A stretch of DNA of 63,655 bases, counting the filler, from Hyphochytrium catenoides (Eukaryota > Protista > Hyphochytriomycota), in assembly GCA_900088475.1 (NCBI GenBank). It is 10 parts of 10 records of this genome, joined end to end, with 100 filler letters (N's around TTAATTAATTAA, not from the genome) between each part and the next. Parts side by side here need not be neighbours in the genome. Positions count along the whole stretch, not along the records: positions 45,379 to 54,478 come from FLMG01002827.1; positions 54,579 to 57,474 come from FLMG01003625.1; positions 57,575 to 59,298 come from FLMG01002396.1; positions 59,399 to 62,241 come from FLMG01003689.1; 6 more parts are not named here. One strand, written 5' to 3'. The notes under the pieces were generated by a model that did no database searches, had not been told where the DNA came from, and was given only the letters and a program-made list of their open reading frames with translations. Both the position numbers and the translations under genes were made by a program. The stretch's first letter is position 1. Each line of letters starts with the position of its first letter. Of this stretch, positions 47,333-62,241 are shown piece after piece.

Positions 47333-48626
47333 CGTGGGAACGATAGGGACAGGGCTCTGGTTGGAGGACTCCTCGACGGCACTGGAAGAATAAGAGAGAG
47401 AGGGGAAAAGAGAGAGAGAGAAAGCGAGAGAGCGAATGAGAGCCAGAGCAAGAGAGAACGGGGAAGAATATGGGAGTATCGAGGCGAGGAAGCGGAAAGA
47501 GAGAGGAGAGAGTGGGAGAGAGCCGCAGTCAAACGTTAGATGCCAAGGTAGAGAGAAAGAAGCTGATCAAAAAGGAACAGAGAGAACTTTAAGAGGAGAC
47601 AAGCGAGAGAGAAAGAGAGAGTTTGACGCAAAAAAGGAGGGAAACGCGGTTGTCTCTTTTGATGAGGATGCTGGTCTTACCTCATCTCTCTGCTTGTTAG
47701 CTATGCTTTCTACAGCTAGAGCTCTGCAACTTCCCAAATAGGAAGCTGTTCCTCAAGAGAGAGTGAGAGAGAGAGAAGAGGAGAGAGAGAAAGATGCGCA
47801 ATTCTGGAGCGAGCAATGTCTATCTGGACCTGATCTCTGTCTCTTCTTCCTTGCTTTCCTCGCCGCTGTAGCGCTATTTTGATGGGAAGCGGCACCTTCC
47901 AATCTCTGCCTCTGCCGTGCCGTGGACAGGGAGGAAGAGACGGGCTTAGGAAGCTAAGGAGAGAAGTGCTAGACAGACTGAGGAAGGAACTAGAGGTCTA
48001 AAGAAGGGGGAGCACTCCTTTCCCTTCCTTGCTCTCTCTNNNNNNNNNNNNNNNNNNNNNNNNNNNNNNNNNNNNNNNNNNNNNNNNNNNNNNNNNNNNN
48101 NNNNNNNNNNNNNNNNNNNNTGTCTGGTTGTCCTACAGGTAGCCCATTCCTCTCTCCCTCCTCTCAATAGCATCAGCACTTCCTTTTCCCATGCATCTCT
48201 TGCTTCTGTCTCTCTTTCCGCCTGTTGACTTCCAATGCCTTTCGTCTCCTTCATCCTCCTCCATCACCGACAACCTTTTTACCCGCCCCTCTCTCCTTCT
48301 CTCTTCCTGCTCTATGCTCTCTCTTGCTCTCTCTCTCCGGTCTCTCTCTGTCTCTCTGTCTCGTTACCTCTTTTACTCCCAATTCCCTCTCTCTGGCTCT
48401 CTCTCTGCAGCACTCTTTTGCTCTTCCCACCTATCTGTCTCTATCTATCTTTTGCCCATTTGTCCCCTCTTCTTTCTTGTACACAGACTCTGTCTCTCTC
48501 TTTTCTTTCTTTCTTTTCCTCTGTGTCTCTTTTCTCTCTTGTCTCTCTTGTCTCTCTTGTCTCTCTTGTCTCTCTCTCTCTCTCTTTCTCTTTCTGTGTC
48601 TCTCCTGTTTCTCTCTCTCTCATTCT

Positions 48627-48705
<79 letters not shown>

Positions 48706-49685
48706 GTCCCTGCCTGTGCATCCTCACGGCCTTGCCTGCCTCAAATGGATTCTTTACTGTCCAGAAACGGACGAAACCGCACCTACTGATAACCAATTGA
48801 GAGGGCCACTGATAACCAAGTGTTAGTGATTTAGTAATTCAGAACTTAGAACAAGGGATTGGCACGAAAATAAGAAAGTACGGTTTTGATGATTATTTCT
48901 TCATCATCATTGTCGCCTTTGTTTGTTGGCCCGCCGTCCATAGTTTGATGGATGATAACCGGTGACCTGGCCTTCTTGCAGCGCCTTCATCATCAAAGGT
49001 ATAGAGCCATCATCGATCAATGCCCTTGTTTATCCTTATGATGGACGATGGGGCCACGACGCTATTATTAGTCGATGATGCATGGCGCGCGACGACAAGG
49101 AAGAAGGAAGAAGTGGATCTATCATCATGATGCTCGGGCGCCCGCACCACCACCACTCTTCGCCAGCAGGCGGCATGATCCTGCTGTTGCTGCTGCTGCT
49201 TGATGAAAGAAGCAGGATAATACTAATAGGCGGCCGCCCCATCAGCATACAATTGATTGCTTATTATGCTGATCGTTGCTCTTTTTATTGGAGGGGAAGG
49301 ACAGCTAGTGGCACGTCCTCCTCCCTGGTGGATGATGACATCCCTGCCTAATTTTCTAGAAGGAGTAAGTTGTTTATGTGGTAAAAGGAGGGATCGCGAT
49401 GCTCTGGACTAGTGGAGATGACTGTTACTATTCTGCATGGCGGCTGTGAAGCATCAAGATGCTATGACTGCTGCTACCGAACAAACGGGTCTCCGCCTTC
49501 TTGATATGACCTTAATGCACCTTTGCTGCTCAATAGACGCGTAGCGGTAGCGATAATGCAGAAGCTTATAACATAGTAGTAGCGACAGAATAAATTCTCT
49601 AGAGAAGCTAACTATCTACAAGGCTACTAAAGGGAAGAAAGAGTCTAAACATACTGCTCTCTTGCCTTCTTGCCGTATGGTTATA

Positions 49686-50525
49686 TCAGTACGTTACGCC
49701 AGCAGTAAGATCTCCGTTGGAAGAAGAAGAAGAAGGACCATTGAGAGCCAGAGCTCGTCGAAGTTCTTCCTCCTCGGCCCAAATCGCGTTGACGAATGAG
49801 GCATTGAGCTCATTCAACATTTGCACTAGCTCCAGATCATTATCAGCATCCTCCCCATAGTATCGGTACTCCTCATAGATGTCATTCCGCAGCAAAAATG
49901 TGCTGCAGATGTTGTCAACCTCACCTATGATCTCCTCCGTGAGCTTCAGGTTTTCGTTCCAGGCCTCAATCTCCATGTACCGTCTGCAATACGCCCCAAT
50001 CGGCCGCAAAGGCTCAATAACGCCGCGAACAAAGTGGTCCAGGCTGCTATAAGCGGTTAAAGCCTCCCCTCTTCCATGAATCTTCTCCAGGACAAACTCT
50101 GCGACACTCTCCACCCATATGACGCAACTGGAGCTTTTAAGAAGCTCTAATTTTGAGACTCGTTGCGGGGTTTTACCTCCTCCTAGAGCTCTTCTGGCAT
50201 TACGAGGAAACTTCCTCGGAGGACCGGTACTATCGTAGCTTTCAGGTTGATAATCTATAACCTCTGCGAGCTTGAACTCAAGAAGCCAGCGGAAGATTTG
50301 TGTATGCCCATGGGTTAGTGCAGTTTGCCAAGTCTCCTTTCCAAAAGTGATAAAGTCTTGGGACGCGATGATGTCAGTTAAGCTCCCGTTTCGAGCAGCT
50401 GCTGCGCCGTCAAGGTAGTAGGTGAAGCCGATAATAGTCCAAGCCAGATCTTCATTTCCCCCTACTAACTGGGTGCACAAGTGGAAGAGGACTCTGGCCT
50501 GTGGGGTCAGCCGACCCGGGTCCAT
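49686..50525 (-). CDS. Hypothetical 279-aa intronless protein with degenerate ankyrin-like repeats
   Basis: Non-repetitive ORF. AAAARNGSL and TALTHGHTQIFRWLLE resemble divergent ankyrin repeats. Confidence 0.5.
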   Translation of the reverse strand: MDPGRLTPQARVLFHLCTQLVGGNEDLAWTIIGFTYYLDGAAAARNGSLTDIIASQDFITFGKETWQTALTHGHTQIFRWLLEFKLAEVIDYQPESYDSTGPPRKFPRNARRALGGGKTPQRVSKLELLKSSSCVIWVESVAEFVLEKIHGRGEALTAYSSLDHFVRGVIEPLRPIGAYCRRYMEIEAWNENLKLTEEIIGEVDNICSTFLLRNDIYEEYRYYGEDADNDLELVQMLNELNASFVNAIWAEEEELRRALALNGPSSSSSNGDLTAGVTY

Positions 50526-53209
50526 TAGCTCCTTCCTATAACAACAAGCAGCCCCTTCCCAGAAGACGTGCCAGTTTCAGCAGCACCTCTTTTTGTTGTC
50601 TAGGTATGAGAGGCTCAAAAGGAGAGAGAAATGGTCGCTCCTGTAACTTAGCGATGATCCTAATGGTCTTCCGAGCCTCCTCTTGCCCTCTCGCTTGGTG
50701 ACTCCTCGTTGGGTTTCTTCTGCCTAAGTTTCGAGTCAATTTTCACCGAGGCCACTGATACCTCTTTAGAAATTTGTCCTCCTACCTACTACTAGTGGTT
50801 ATCGACCTAGTGGTTGAACCCGAAGCAGATAGGAATTCTTCCTCAGCAAACTGCAGGATGGCCGCTCTTTCTGCCGGAGGAGCTTCTCTGAGGAACTCAA
50901 ACTCTCTTAGTTGCTGACGGAGACCGGAGCCGACCACCAGTTCTTCGTTCTTTGCTATCTAGTTGGTCATCACAGCCAGTATAGTACTGCAAAATGTCTG
51001 AATGATGAAGACAAGAAAGCTGCAAACAAGTTCCACGGCCTGCAGATAGTCGTCGAAGCACCACGCACTGGCCGTCCCAATGGTGCAGCAGTAGGTAACA
51101 GAAACTTGGTGACAAGAGGAAAAGAGGTAGAACGTAGAACCGGATCACCTGCTCTGATTAAATTATGGAAGGCCAAGCCCTTGGCCCTTGAAACGTGGAC
51201 TATGCTTGTTGGACGCCACCACCGTGTACTGGCTGCTGTGCGGTCTGCTGTGGGTCGATGGGAAGCTGAGGACAAACGCTCTCCCGCTGTTGAGCTTTTG
51301 CACCAAAGAACTGACAACAAGAAACCTGTCAGCGGGCGAAGTTCATTGTGCGCAGCCGCTGATGATGAATGGGGTTTACGGGGCCATAGACAGAGTCTCA
51401 TATTGAGTCAGACAGAGCAATAGATAAGTAATCTATAACGACTGCGTGATAAGCCTGGATGCTGCCTCGCGAGATGTGTCCCCCCCCTTGCTTTTGTTTC
51501 TTCAACAAGCCATCAATCTTCTCAAGGCCCACCCACCCGTCTTTTGTACGTATTGACTACATAGCAAAGCCTAAGGTCGGGTGGGAAGGTTGATTCCTGG
51601 GGGCTAGCTGGGGGTCCTCAAACAAAGGGCCTTGAAGCAGAAAGAGATGAAAGCAATCGTTCTAGAGAGACGAGGACATAGTGCTTGTCCCTAAGTAGAA
51701 GCGGCAGCAAAAGTAGCGAGAGAAGAGACAGAGCACACTGACACAAAAACAGAGTTGTCAGCAGCCATCACCGTGGGCCAAGATCTTCATCATCATCAAA
51801 TTTATGAGACAGCAAGAAGAAGCTCCTCCTCCTCTTACGGATGATGATTGATAGGAGGTACGCAATAATAAATAATAACACTTCCGATTGGTTATGAAGA
51901 GACTGGTAAACGAAGAGATATCGGAGGGCTGCTGCTGTGTCCCTACTCCACCCAACGAGAAAATCAGTAGAAGAAAAAGGATAGGTGATCAAAGATGTGC
52001 TGCTCAGCCGGAGCTGTGGGGAGAAAGAGGTGCCACATAGTGGAGCATCATCATGGGAGGATGGTGGAGAAGAAGCAGTAGCGGCTTCCTTTTGATACCC
52101 AAGCGGGGATTATAGTCAAAGGGGAAAGAAGGACAGAACTGGGGAAGGAAGATCATGATGAAAAAGGTAAGGAGCATGAAAGGAAGAGAAACCGAGGTAG
52201 AGAGATGATGAGAAGAGCGGACAAACAGCAGGAGAGGAGGAGCGTCACGCTGATGAGAAGGATGTCATGGAGTCTCACGGGAGTCGGAGGATGACTATGG
52301 CGAGATGTAAGCCATGGAGGGGGTAAGAACAGAATGTGAAGACGCCGCACAAAGGTATACGAGGAACCAATCAACTCTTCTATTCTTGGCAACAACTCGT
52401 TGATTAAGCTGCTGACGACGACGACAAGCAGTTAGGGTAGTAGTTAGTTGGCAGAATAACAATAAGAATCAGAAAGATGTGAACAAGGAGGAAAGGAACA
52501 ACAAACCGAAAGAGGAGCTCCAGAATCAGGAAGAAGAAGAAGCCACACACTAACTATAGGAAAATATTGATCTTTGATGATGATGACCAACACACCAACA
52601 TCGGCCATCATCGTCATCGAGAGAAGAAGATAAAAATAACAAGAAGAGAAAGTAGTGGGAGGAGAAGAGGAAAGGATAACAATGAAAGTACTACTTCTTC
52701 TTATAAAAGAGGGAGCGGAGGCGAGGCAGAGAAGAAGAGGAAGAACATATAGAGAAAAAAACAAAGGAAAGAAAGAAAGGAGGAGGTCCCACGAAAGCAA
52801 GAACAGAATAACTAATTAACTGGAGAAGGAAGAAACGCGACCTGTCATAGTAAATAATCTGTTCGTTGTACGACGACAGCACTAACTCATTGGTAATGAG
52901 AAGCGTTGTACATCTGTTACCTGACGCGATAGCCGTTAGCGACTTTGCATGGGGGAAGGAAAAAGAGGGGAAGAGAGAGAGACACAGGGAGAGACAGAGA
53001 GAGAGACAGAGAGAGACAGAGAGAGACAGAGAAGAGAATCTATGATAAAGAGCGAGAGACAAGGGAGAGAGTGAGCTGACAGAGAGAAGGGAGAAAGCTA
53101 GGAACGAGAGAGAGCGTGTGAGAGAGAGATAGCGAAACAGAGCGAGAGAGAGAGACAGAGAGTGAGACACAGAGAGAGAGAGAGAGAGAGAAGAGAGACA
53201 GAGAATGAG

Positions 53210-53258
<49 letters not shown>

Positions 53259-53552
53259 AGTATGGTATGAGGGAGATAGAACCCGAAAGAGAGCCATCAC
53301 TATCGATCTGTCTTCAAAATAGGGGACAAAAGTCACAGAGACAGAGTTCCTGTTGCTTTGCTGCTTGCTTCTTGCATGAGAAGACAATCTTCAGCAGCTG
53401 ACAGAGGCCAACAGGCCAACTCTCATTATCCTACAAGCTCTGTCTGTGTCTCTCTCTCTTTTTCCATTTTGACTCTTTTCTCTGTCTCTCTTGCGGTCTC
53501 TTCGGATCCTTTTGCCATCCTCCCCGGTCTCAGCCCTAGGAACGGCAGGAGA

Positions 53553-54114
53553 ATGGCAGATGAGGAACCTGAGGAGGAAGAAGAGAAGCACGTGAGAGAA
53601 GAGAATCAAACCGATCGCCGCGCTCGACTAGCGTTGCTCAAGGAGAGAGCCCGAGTTGCCGCCTCGTCTGCCTCTCCCCAAGCTCCAAGGGAGCCAACAA
53701 CAGGAGCTAAGAGTCGTAAGGATCGGTCTCTCTGTCATGATCAGTTCTCTCCCTCTCCTTCTCTCTCTCTTTTCTCTCTCTCTCTGTCTCCCACATCCCT
53801 TCTTTCTTCATCGCACCCTTCGGACTTTTCTTCTTGCTCCGCTCCACCCCGTCTATCTCTTTGTCTTCCGCTAGCTCTCTCTCTCTCTCTCGAACCCTTT
53901 GCATTGCTTGCTGCTGCTCTTTCTCTCTCGCTGGGCCCGAACAACCCGCCTATTTCTCACTCTATCTCCCTTCAAACTGCAGCCAAAAAGATTCGTCTCT
54001 CCAACCCGCTCGTGGACGGCTCGGCGCCCATCTCCTCATCGATCTTCACCGAACCACCAAGAGAGAAAGAGAGCCTTGAATCTGTTCCTCCGCCTCCTCT
54101 TCTGAGTGAACAAG
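53553..54114 (+). CDS. Hypothetical protein, first two exons (weak resemblance to the CCDC12/Cwf18 N-terminus)
   Basis: Exons 53553-53715 and 53983-54114 are phase-compatible. Reads MADEEPEEEEE..RRARLALLKERA..KKIRL. Confidence 0.4.
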
Positions 54115-54578
54115 GTGTCCCACCTGCCTCACTTCCTCCCTTTCTTTCTCTCTCTGTCTCTCAGTTGGGCTGCCTCGTTTTCTCCTCTCTGCTTTTTTTC
54201 TTTCTCTCTTTCTTTCTCCTCTTGCTGTGCCCTCTCTACCTTCGTCTTTTTCTCTCGATGCCTTTCCCTCTTTGTCTTTCCATCTTTCTTATTATCTTTT
54301 TTAGTCTCCTTCCCTCTTATTTTTCTTTGGGCGGCACACATACGCTTTCCTAAATTTGTCTCTTCTCCGTCTGTGCTTGCGGCTGCTTTGCTCGACTCCT
54401 TTCTCTTTCTTTCGGATTTCGCACCTGTCTTCTGAAACAGATCTTTCTCTAAGTGGTGCTGTCTACACCTCTCTCTCTNNNNNNNNNNNNNNNNNNNNNN
54501 NNNNNNNNNNNNNNNNNNNNNNTTAATTAATTAANNNNNNNNNNNNNNNNNNNNNNNNNNNNNNNNNNNNNNNNNNNN

Positions 54579-54717
54579 CATGAGAGGACGTAGACCACGG
54601 CCCAGACGGTCACCACCAAGAGCTTGCGATAGTAGTGGACATACAAGTTTCCATAGCCCATCACGCTGCAGCCCTGAGAGGGAGAAGAGAGAGAGAGATA
54701 AAGCAAACAAATAAGTG

Positions 54718-54755
<38 letters not shown>

Positions 54756-55375
54756 GAGAAAAAGAGACAGAAAGAGAGGGAGAGAGAGAACAAAGTGGAT
54801 GAGAGGAGGTCGAAATGGCAGGTCGCGAGCGAGAAAGAAGAGAAGAGGAACGAAGAGAGAGAGAGAGGAAAGCAGAGAGGATGTGTAGAAGGAGATGAAG
54901 AGAAAGAGAAGAGAAGGGAATGAAGAGAAAAGGAGTTAGGCGAGGACTCGGTAAGACCAAAGCCTAGACTTCAGGCTTGGGTCAAATAAACGTGTGAATT
55001 CAAAGTGAAAGCGGAGAGAAAGATAAAGACAAGAGAGAGAGAGACAACAAAGAGAGAGAATGGACGAGGGAAAGGGAGAGGTGACATGGGAAAGGAAGAG
55101 AGAGGGACGAAAGCAGGCGCGATAAGAGGGAGAGACAACGTACACTTCCTCTGAAGGACATCAGCATGTTTGGGTTGATCCACTCTCCGAAGACAATGAT
55201 CAGAGAGTCTTTCAGCTGGAAGTCAGTGAGAATCACCTCCATCGCTGTGTTTGTGGCCGACCGCGCAAGAGAGAGGGACATAGAAAGAGAAGGAGAAAAG
55301 ACAGAGAGAGAGTGAGTTAGAGACCACACTCAGGAAGGCACGCATAGGAAGAGAGAGAGAGCGAAAGAGAGTGGA

Positions 55376-55410
<35 letters not shown>

Positions 55411-57162
55411 AAGAAGGCTTCGTGAAGCAGTAAGGCGAAAACGAAAGGAAGGAAGCAGGAAAGCCTAAAGAGGAAGGAGACAGGAGGACATGGGCGTCTA
55501 AGCGAAAGAGAAGCCGCACAGAAAGGGACAGAGGGGAGGGAGAGAGAGAGAGAGAAAGATTATATGCACACGAAAAACCAAAGAGCCAAAAAAAAAGAAG
55601 AGAGAGAGAGAAAGAGAGAGAGAGAGCGGTAAAGGAGAAGAGGGAGAGACTCTGAAGTGGGAAAGAGTTTATGGAGCTTCTCACTCTGTAGAAACAAGAT
55701 GACAATGCTGTAGACGGCAGAACTCTTCTGCTTCCGGGACCGCGCTGCCCAGAAGAGAAGGTTGACATAGACAAAGAGAATCACACTGGAGAAGGTGACG
55801 AAGTAAGAGAGATAGTCCTCTGGCGGACCCTCACAACCTGGGCAAGCAAGGGTAAGAAGAGGGGACAGAAGAGGAAGGTCAAACAAGAAAATGCGGCGGA
55901 GTGGGAGAGAAGCGAAAGAGAGGCACAGCGAAAGAGAGGAGAGAGACAGATAACCTAGAAGAGAAGAGATCAGTAGGAGAGAGAGAACTGAGAAGGATGA
56001 AGAGAGAGTAAAAGGAGAATGGAGGCCAGATAGCGGAGTGAGGACCAAGAAGTGAGGGAGACAGGCTGGAGAACGAGAGCAGAGGAAGAAGAGTACCAGG
56101 GAACGGGAGTCCCAAGAAGCAAAGACAGAGGCCAAGGAACTATGAGAGATAGGGAGAACAAAGGACAGAGAGAGAGAGAGAGAAAAGAAAAGCCAACGAG
56201 AGAGAGCGAGCGAGAGAGAGAGAGAGAGAAACAGCAAGTGCTTGGACATACGCTCATCCTGACAGATAACGCCCATCTTCCTCGCTCCTGGCGCACAAGC
56301 CATACAAAGGCGGTCGTGAAGGTAGAGGCCGCCCTCCCCACACTTCATGGAGTCGCCTTCGGGATCTAGCGGTGATGATGAAGGAGACATAACAGGAGAG
56401 AGGAGAGACAAGAAAGAGGGAGAGAGAGAGAGAGAGAGAGAGTAAATAAAAGAGAAAGAGAGAAAAAGATATAAGAGACAGAGCGTCAGGAAAGAAAAAG
56501 ATGAACATGAAGGACTGATTGGGACAACTTTTATGCAGTGACATAAAGAAAAAAAGAGAGGGAAAGAGAGAAGGGACTTGGACCGATGAGAGAGACAGAA
56601 AGCAAGACGATTGACACGCCGCCAAAGCAATTTCCCGTTCCATCTCCCGCGCTTACATTGACAAAAGGATGGCAGACACTCGTAGATGTGCGTCTCCAGC
56701 ACAGACTTCGCTCCTTCCTCGCTCAAGATGGCAACACTTGCGTCGGGACCCTAGACAGAGAAGAGAGAGATGTCCGTCACAGAGAGCGAATGCGACCGGG
56801 TAGTGTGTGTGTATGTGAGAGAGAGATGTGAGAGAAAGAGAGAGAGAGAAAGAGTGGAAGGAGAGGGGACTAAGAGGGAGAGAGAGAGAGGGAGAGGACA
56901 AAATGTGGAAAACAAGAGGGGGAGAGAGAGAGAAAAAGACAGAGAGAGAGAATGAGCCAGAGCCGTAACAGAAGCGAGCGTGCCTCTATTCTGGTGCTCA
57001 CTTTATAAGTTTCCAATGTGTCTGAGAGAGTCTTGAAGTCCAGCCAAAAGCCGTTGGACACCGTGAGATTCTTGCTGCCGCCGTGACAGTAGAAGTGACC
57101 CATGGAGCCAAAGCAGGACACGCAGAGGATGCCTTCCTCTCCAATGTGCAACATTCCCAGCC
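54579..57162 (-). CDS. Cys-rich extracellular plus multi-TM membrane protein (internal fragment)
   Basis: Six phase-compatible exons: 57162-57002, 56750-56657, 56365-56252, 55837-55685, 55244-55144 and 54673-54579. Pattern CVSC..CHGG..V..GFW..YECLPSFC..C..RLCMAC..C..TM..IVILFLQ. Confidence 0.7.
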
Positions 57163-57867
57163 CTAGGAGGAGAGAGACACGGGAAGCCCGGGAGACAGAC
57201 AGGGAGAGAGAATGAGGAAAGGAGACAGGGGAAGAGAACGAGAGGCGAAAGGTAACAAAAAGTTGTTGAAGAGAGAGTAGTTATAAGAGAGAAGACTCGA
57301 TCGAGATAGAGATAAAATGATAGTGAGAGGGAGAGAGAGAACCAGATGAGCGACAGAAAGGCTGAGGCTGTGTAACTCTCTCTTTCTCTCTCTCTTTTCT
57401 TCTCTCTCTTTCTCTCTTACTCTCTCTCTCTCTTTCTCTCTCTTTCGTTTTGCGACTCCACCCATCGGCCTTGCNNNNNNNNNNNNNNNNNNNNNNNNNN
57501 NNNNNNNNNNNNNNNNNNTTAATTAATTAANNNNNNNNNNNNNNNNNNNNNNNNNNNNNNNNNNNNNNNNNNNNCTCTCTCTCTCTTCCCCCCTCTTCTT
57601 CCCCCTATTTCTCTGTGTTCTCGTGCCCTTCTCTTTCTCTCCTTTTTCTCTCTGTGTTCGCGTTCTTTTCTGTCTCTTCCTATGGCTGGAGGTGCACCGA
57701 CTGCAGCTACGAAGTTATTTCGTTATCTCCTGAGATTGTCTTTTGTCTTCTCGCTATCTCTCCCTCTCTCTTCGCTCTCTGGCTATTCTCTGCTCTCTTT
57801 CTGTCTCTCTTCTATGCCCTCATGCATCATCTTGTCTCACTCTCTTCAATCGCGCGCTTACCTCTTT

Positions 57868-57900
<33 letters not shown>

Positions 57901-57906
57901 TTGCAG

Positions 57907-58253
57907 GAGTTTATGAAGGCAGTCCGACGCGTGCTTTTCAACCAATTCTTCGTCCACCTTCCCGCTGCTTACTTCTTCTCCTCTCTCCAGCTCTGGAGAG
58001 GATGCCCTGTTGACGCTCCTCTTCCTTCCCTTGCCACCGTTCTCAGGGACCTTGTAGGGACCACATGTCTCTCTCTCTCTCTCCTCTCTCTCTTCTCTCT
58101 CTCAGAGTCATCTCCCTCTTCTATTGCCTCTTTTTCTCTTCTCTTTATCCCCCCTTGTCTCTCCCGCCATTTCTCTCTCTCTCCTCTTTCCATATCTGTG
58201 TGGTTCTCTCCTCCCTGTCTCTCACATATATATCTCGGCCTCTTCTCTCCATT

Positions 58254-58325
<72 letters not shown>

Positions 58326-58476
58326 GGTGGCCTACGTGTTGGTGGAGGAGGTTGGCTTCTATTACACTCACCGGCTAGTGCATTCCAAGCCCTTGTACAA
58401 GCGAATCCATAAGATTCATCACGAATGGACGGCTCCTGTGGCCATCACCTGCATCTATGCCCATCCTGGTAGGGGA

Positions 58477-58515
<39 letters not shown>

Positions 58516-59298
58516 CTCTCTCCCTCTCTTTCTCTCTTCCTTTTCCTTCTTCCTCTTCTCTCTTCCCTTATTGTTGACGCTTTTCTCTTCTTGGGTTGAC
58601 TGACTTCCTTTTCCTCTTCGTTTTGCGTTCTCTCGCCCCGTTCTGTTTCATTTGCTCACTATAACTCTCTTTCTCTCTCTCTTTCTCTCTCTCTTTCGTC
58701 ACAACTTGCGGCTTTCTCGCTCCCGCCATATCTCTATCGACACTGACTTGGTGCTTTCCTGTTATTTTGTCCTTTAGTGGAGCATCTCGTGTCCAATCTT
58801 CTTCCCGTGGCTGCGGGGCCGATCCTGATGGGCTCTCATCTCTCTACGGCTTGGCTCTGGTACACCGTCGCCCTCGCCACCACTCTCAACTCTCACTCAG
58901 GTGATCAAGAGAGAGAGAGAGAGAGAGACAAAGAGAGGGAGAGATGGAGTGAAAGAGGGAGAGAGCGGAGAGAGGGAGTGAAAGAGAGAGAGCGAGAGAG
59001 CGGAGAGAGAGGGAGAGAGAGAGAAAGAGAGAGAGAGGGAGAGAGAAAGAGCGAAGAAGGTAAAAGGGGGAAGAAGTGAAGAACAAAGTAAAAGGGATGA
59101 GAAAGGTCAGGGAAAGAGAGAGAGACAGAGGAAGTAACTTGAGAAGCGGCAAGAGAGAAACAAACAATTCATGCGAGAGAGGCCTAGAATCTACAGAAGG
59201 ACGTGAAAGAGAGAGAATGAGGCGAAACATCCTTCCGACGCCGTCTTTTCTCTCTCTTTTGGTTTCTCTCTTCCTCTTCTCTTTCCAGGCTATCATTT
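57907..59298 (+). CDS. Fatty-acid hydroxylase/sterol desaturase family protein (FAXDC2-like), internal fragment
   Basis: Exons 57907-58053, 58327-58468, 58778-58900 and 59289-59298. His boxes [24 protein letters not shown] and NSHSGYH. Confidence 0.92.
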
Positions 59299-59398
59299 NN
59301 NNNNNNNNNNNNNNNNNNNNNNNNNNNNNNNNNNNNNNNNNNTTAATTAATTAANNNNNNNNNNNNNNNNNNNNNNNNNNNNNNNNNNNNNNNNNNNN

Positions 59399-61133
<1,735 letters not shown>

Positions 61134-61361
61134 TAATAGAGGAAAGCGTACCCCTTGCGCGCCATTCAGCCCAAGGCCTCAGATTACTGTTAACTGTTGC
61201 TAGTCCTTTAGGAAAAAACTACCCGTGATCCGAAAGTGAGGGGAGAAGGGTGCCGGCTGGGGGTGCCAGGGACGAAACATTTGACCTTGAGAAGACATAT
61301 CTTTCAACTGACAGCTCTTGGTGGTCGCTTATCCAAATGGGGGCTGCTATCCCTCTCGGGA

Positions 61362-62241
61362 TCATAGCAGAGAGAGGATCACTGCGGCGCCCAGTGCTGA
61401 GATTATCTGGCTTTCATCTCTCTGTTGGCCTTGTTCTGTGGCAAAAGATTGGTGAAGGGCTTCAACTAGCCGTCTAAACTGTCCATCGGCTGCCTCTCCT
61501 CTTCGAACAGAGTCCTGCAGGTGGCGCCAAAGCTCTGGCAAAGCCTCGGTCGCATCTGCTTGAGCTCCTCGTGGCCTAACTTGGTTGTTTGTGGCTTGGG
61601 TGCCAGATGCAGGAGGAGTTGAGGATGGAGGCCGCGCGGGTCCTTTCGTGCACTCTTCTATAAAGCTCCCGACTTCCTCAAAGTATTCCTTACCATAAAG
61701 GAGAGTGAGATTATTATGATCTCCTCGGGGAAAACGCTTGATTTTCTTCTTCGTGGAGCCACAAGCGTCATAGAGCTCCTGACCTTGCCGAACTGCGCAA
61801 GGAGCATTAGATGTGAGAGAGCGCACGGAGGAGGTAGCACAATGGCTTCATGCGTGCAGTGGCATGATAGCGAAACACTCTATAAGAGCTAGAGACTGGT
61901 GCTCTCTGCTGGTACCAAAGCTAGGATTGAGGATACACGGCGCGCTGTAGCGGGCAAAGTAGACACCGAGAGGATGACGGGAACAAGGCTGTAGGGCTCT
62001 ACCTGGGACGATACTATCCCGCTCTCCGTGAAGCACCAGCAGTGGCATGCCTCCGATATCTCTCATCTTCTCCTGGTTCCTGAAGATGTCCGGAATGGTC
62101 CTAAGGATGTGAGCTCCATTCGGTATCATAAAGCTTAGCTCCTGCGTCCATTTCCTTCGTTAGCCGCATGCTGCTTGCAGAGCAGCTCAAGAGGGGAAGT
62201 ACCTGAACCATCGGAAGCTCTGACAGAAGAGTCAAGCCTGA
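61362..62241 (-). CDS. Alpha/beta hydrolase (ABHD13/17-BEM46-like), C-terminal part
   Basis: Exons 62241-62203, 62141-62003 and 61792-61362. PLLVLHGERDSIVP carries the catalytic Asp and GDHNN the catalytic His. Confidence 0.85.

Larger units (their letters stand above)
8630..59290. repeat. Dispersed (GA)n/(CT)n microsatellite tracts throughout introns and intergenic DNA
   Basis: Examples: long pure (CT)n at 13218-13297 and 58267-58324, and (GA)n at 46850-46945. Confidence 0.97.

Noticed and set aside
48530-48575. Short tandem repeats ((TCTCTTGTC)4; also 7-mers at ~17020-17065, 22-mers at ~14264-14325, a 16-nt duplication at ~1149-1180)
   Set aside because: Ordinary slippage variants, with no spacers or associated genes.
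52840-53305. Possible small minus-strand gene (MALFR + exon near 52843-52920)
   Set aside because: Could not build a consistent multi-exon frame or recognise a family.
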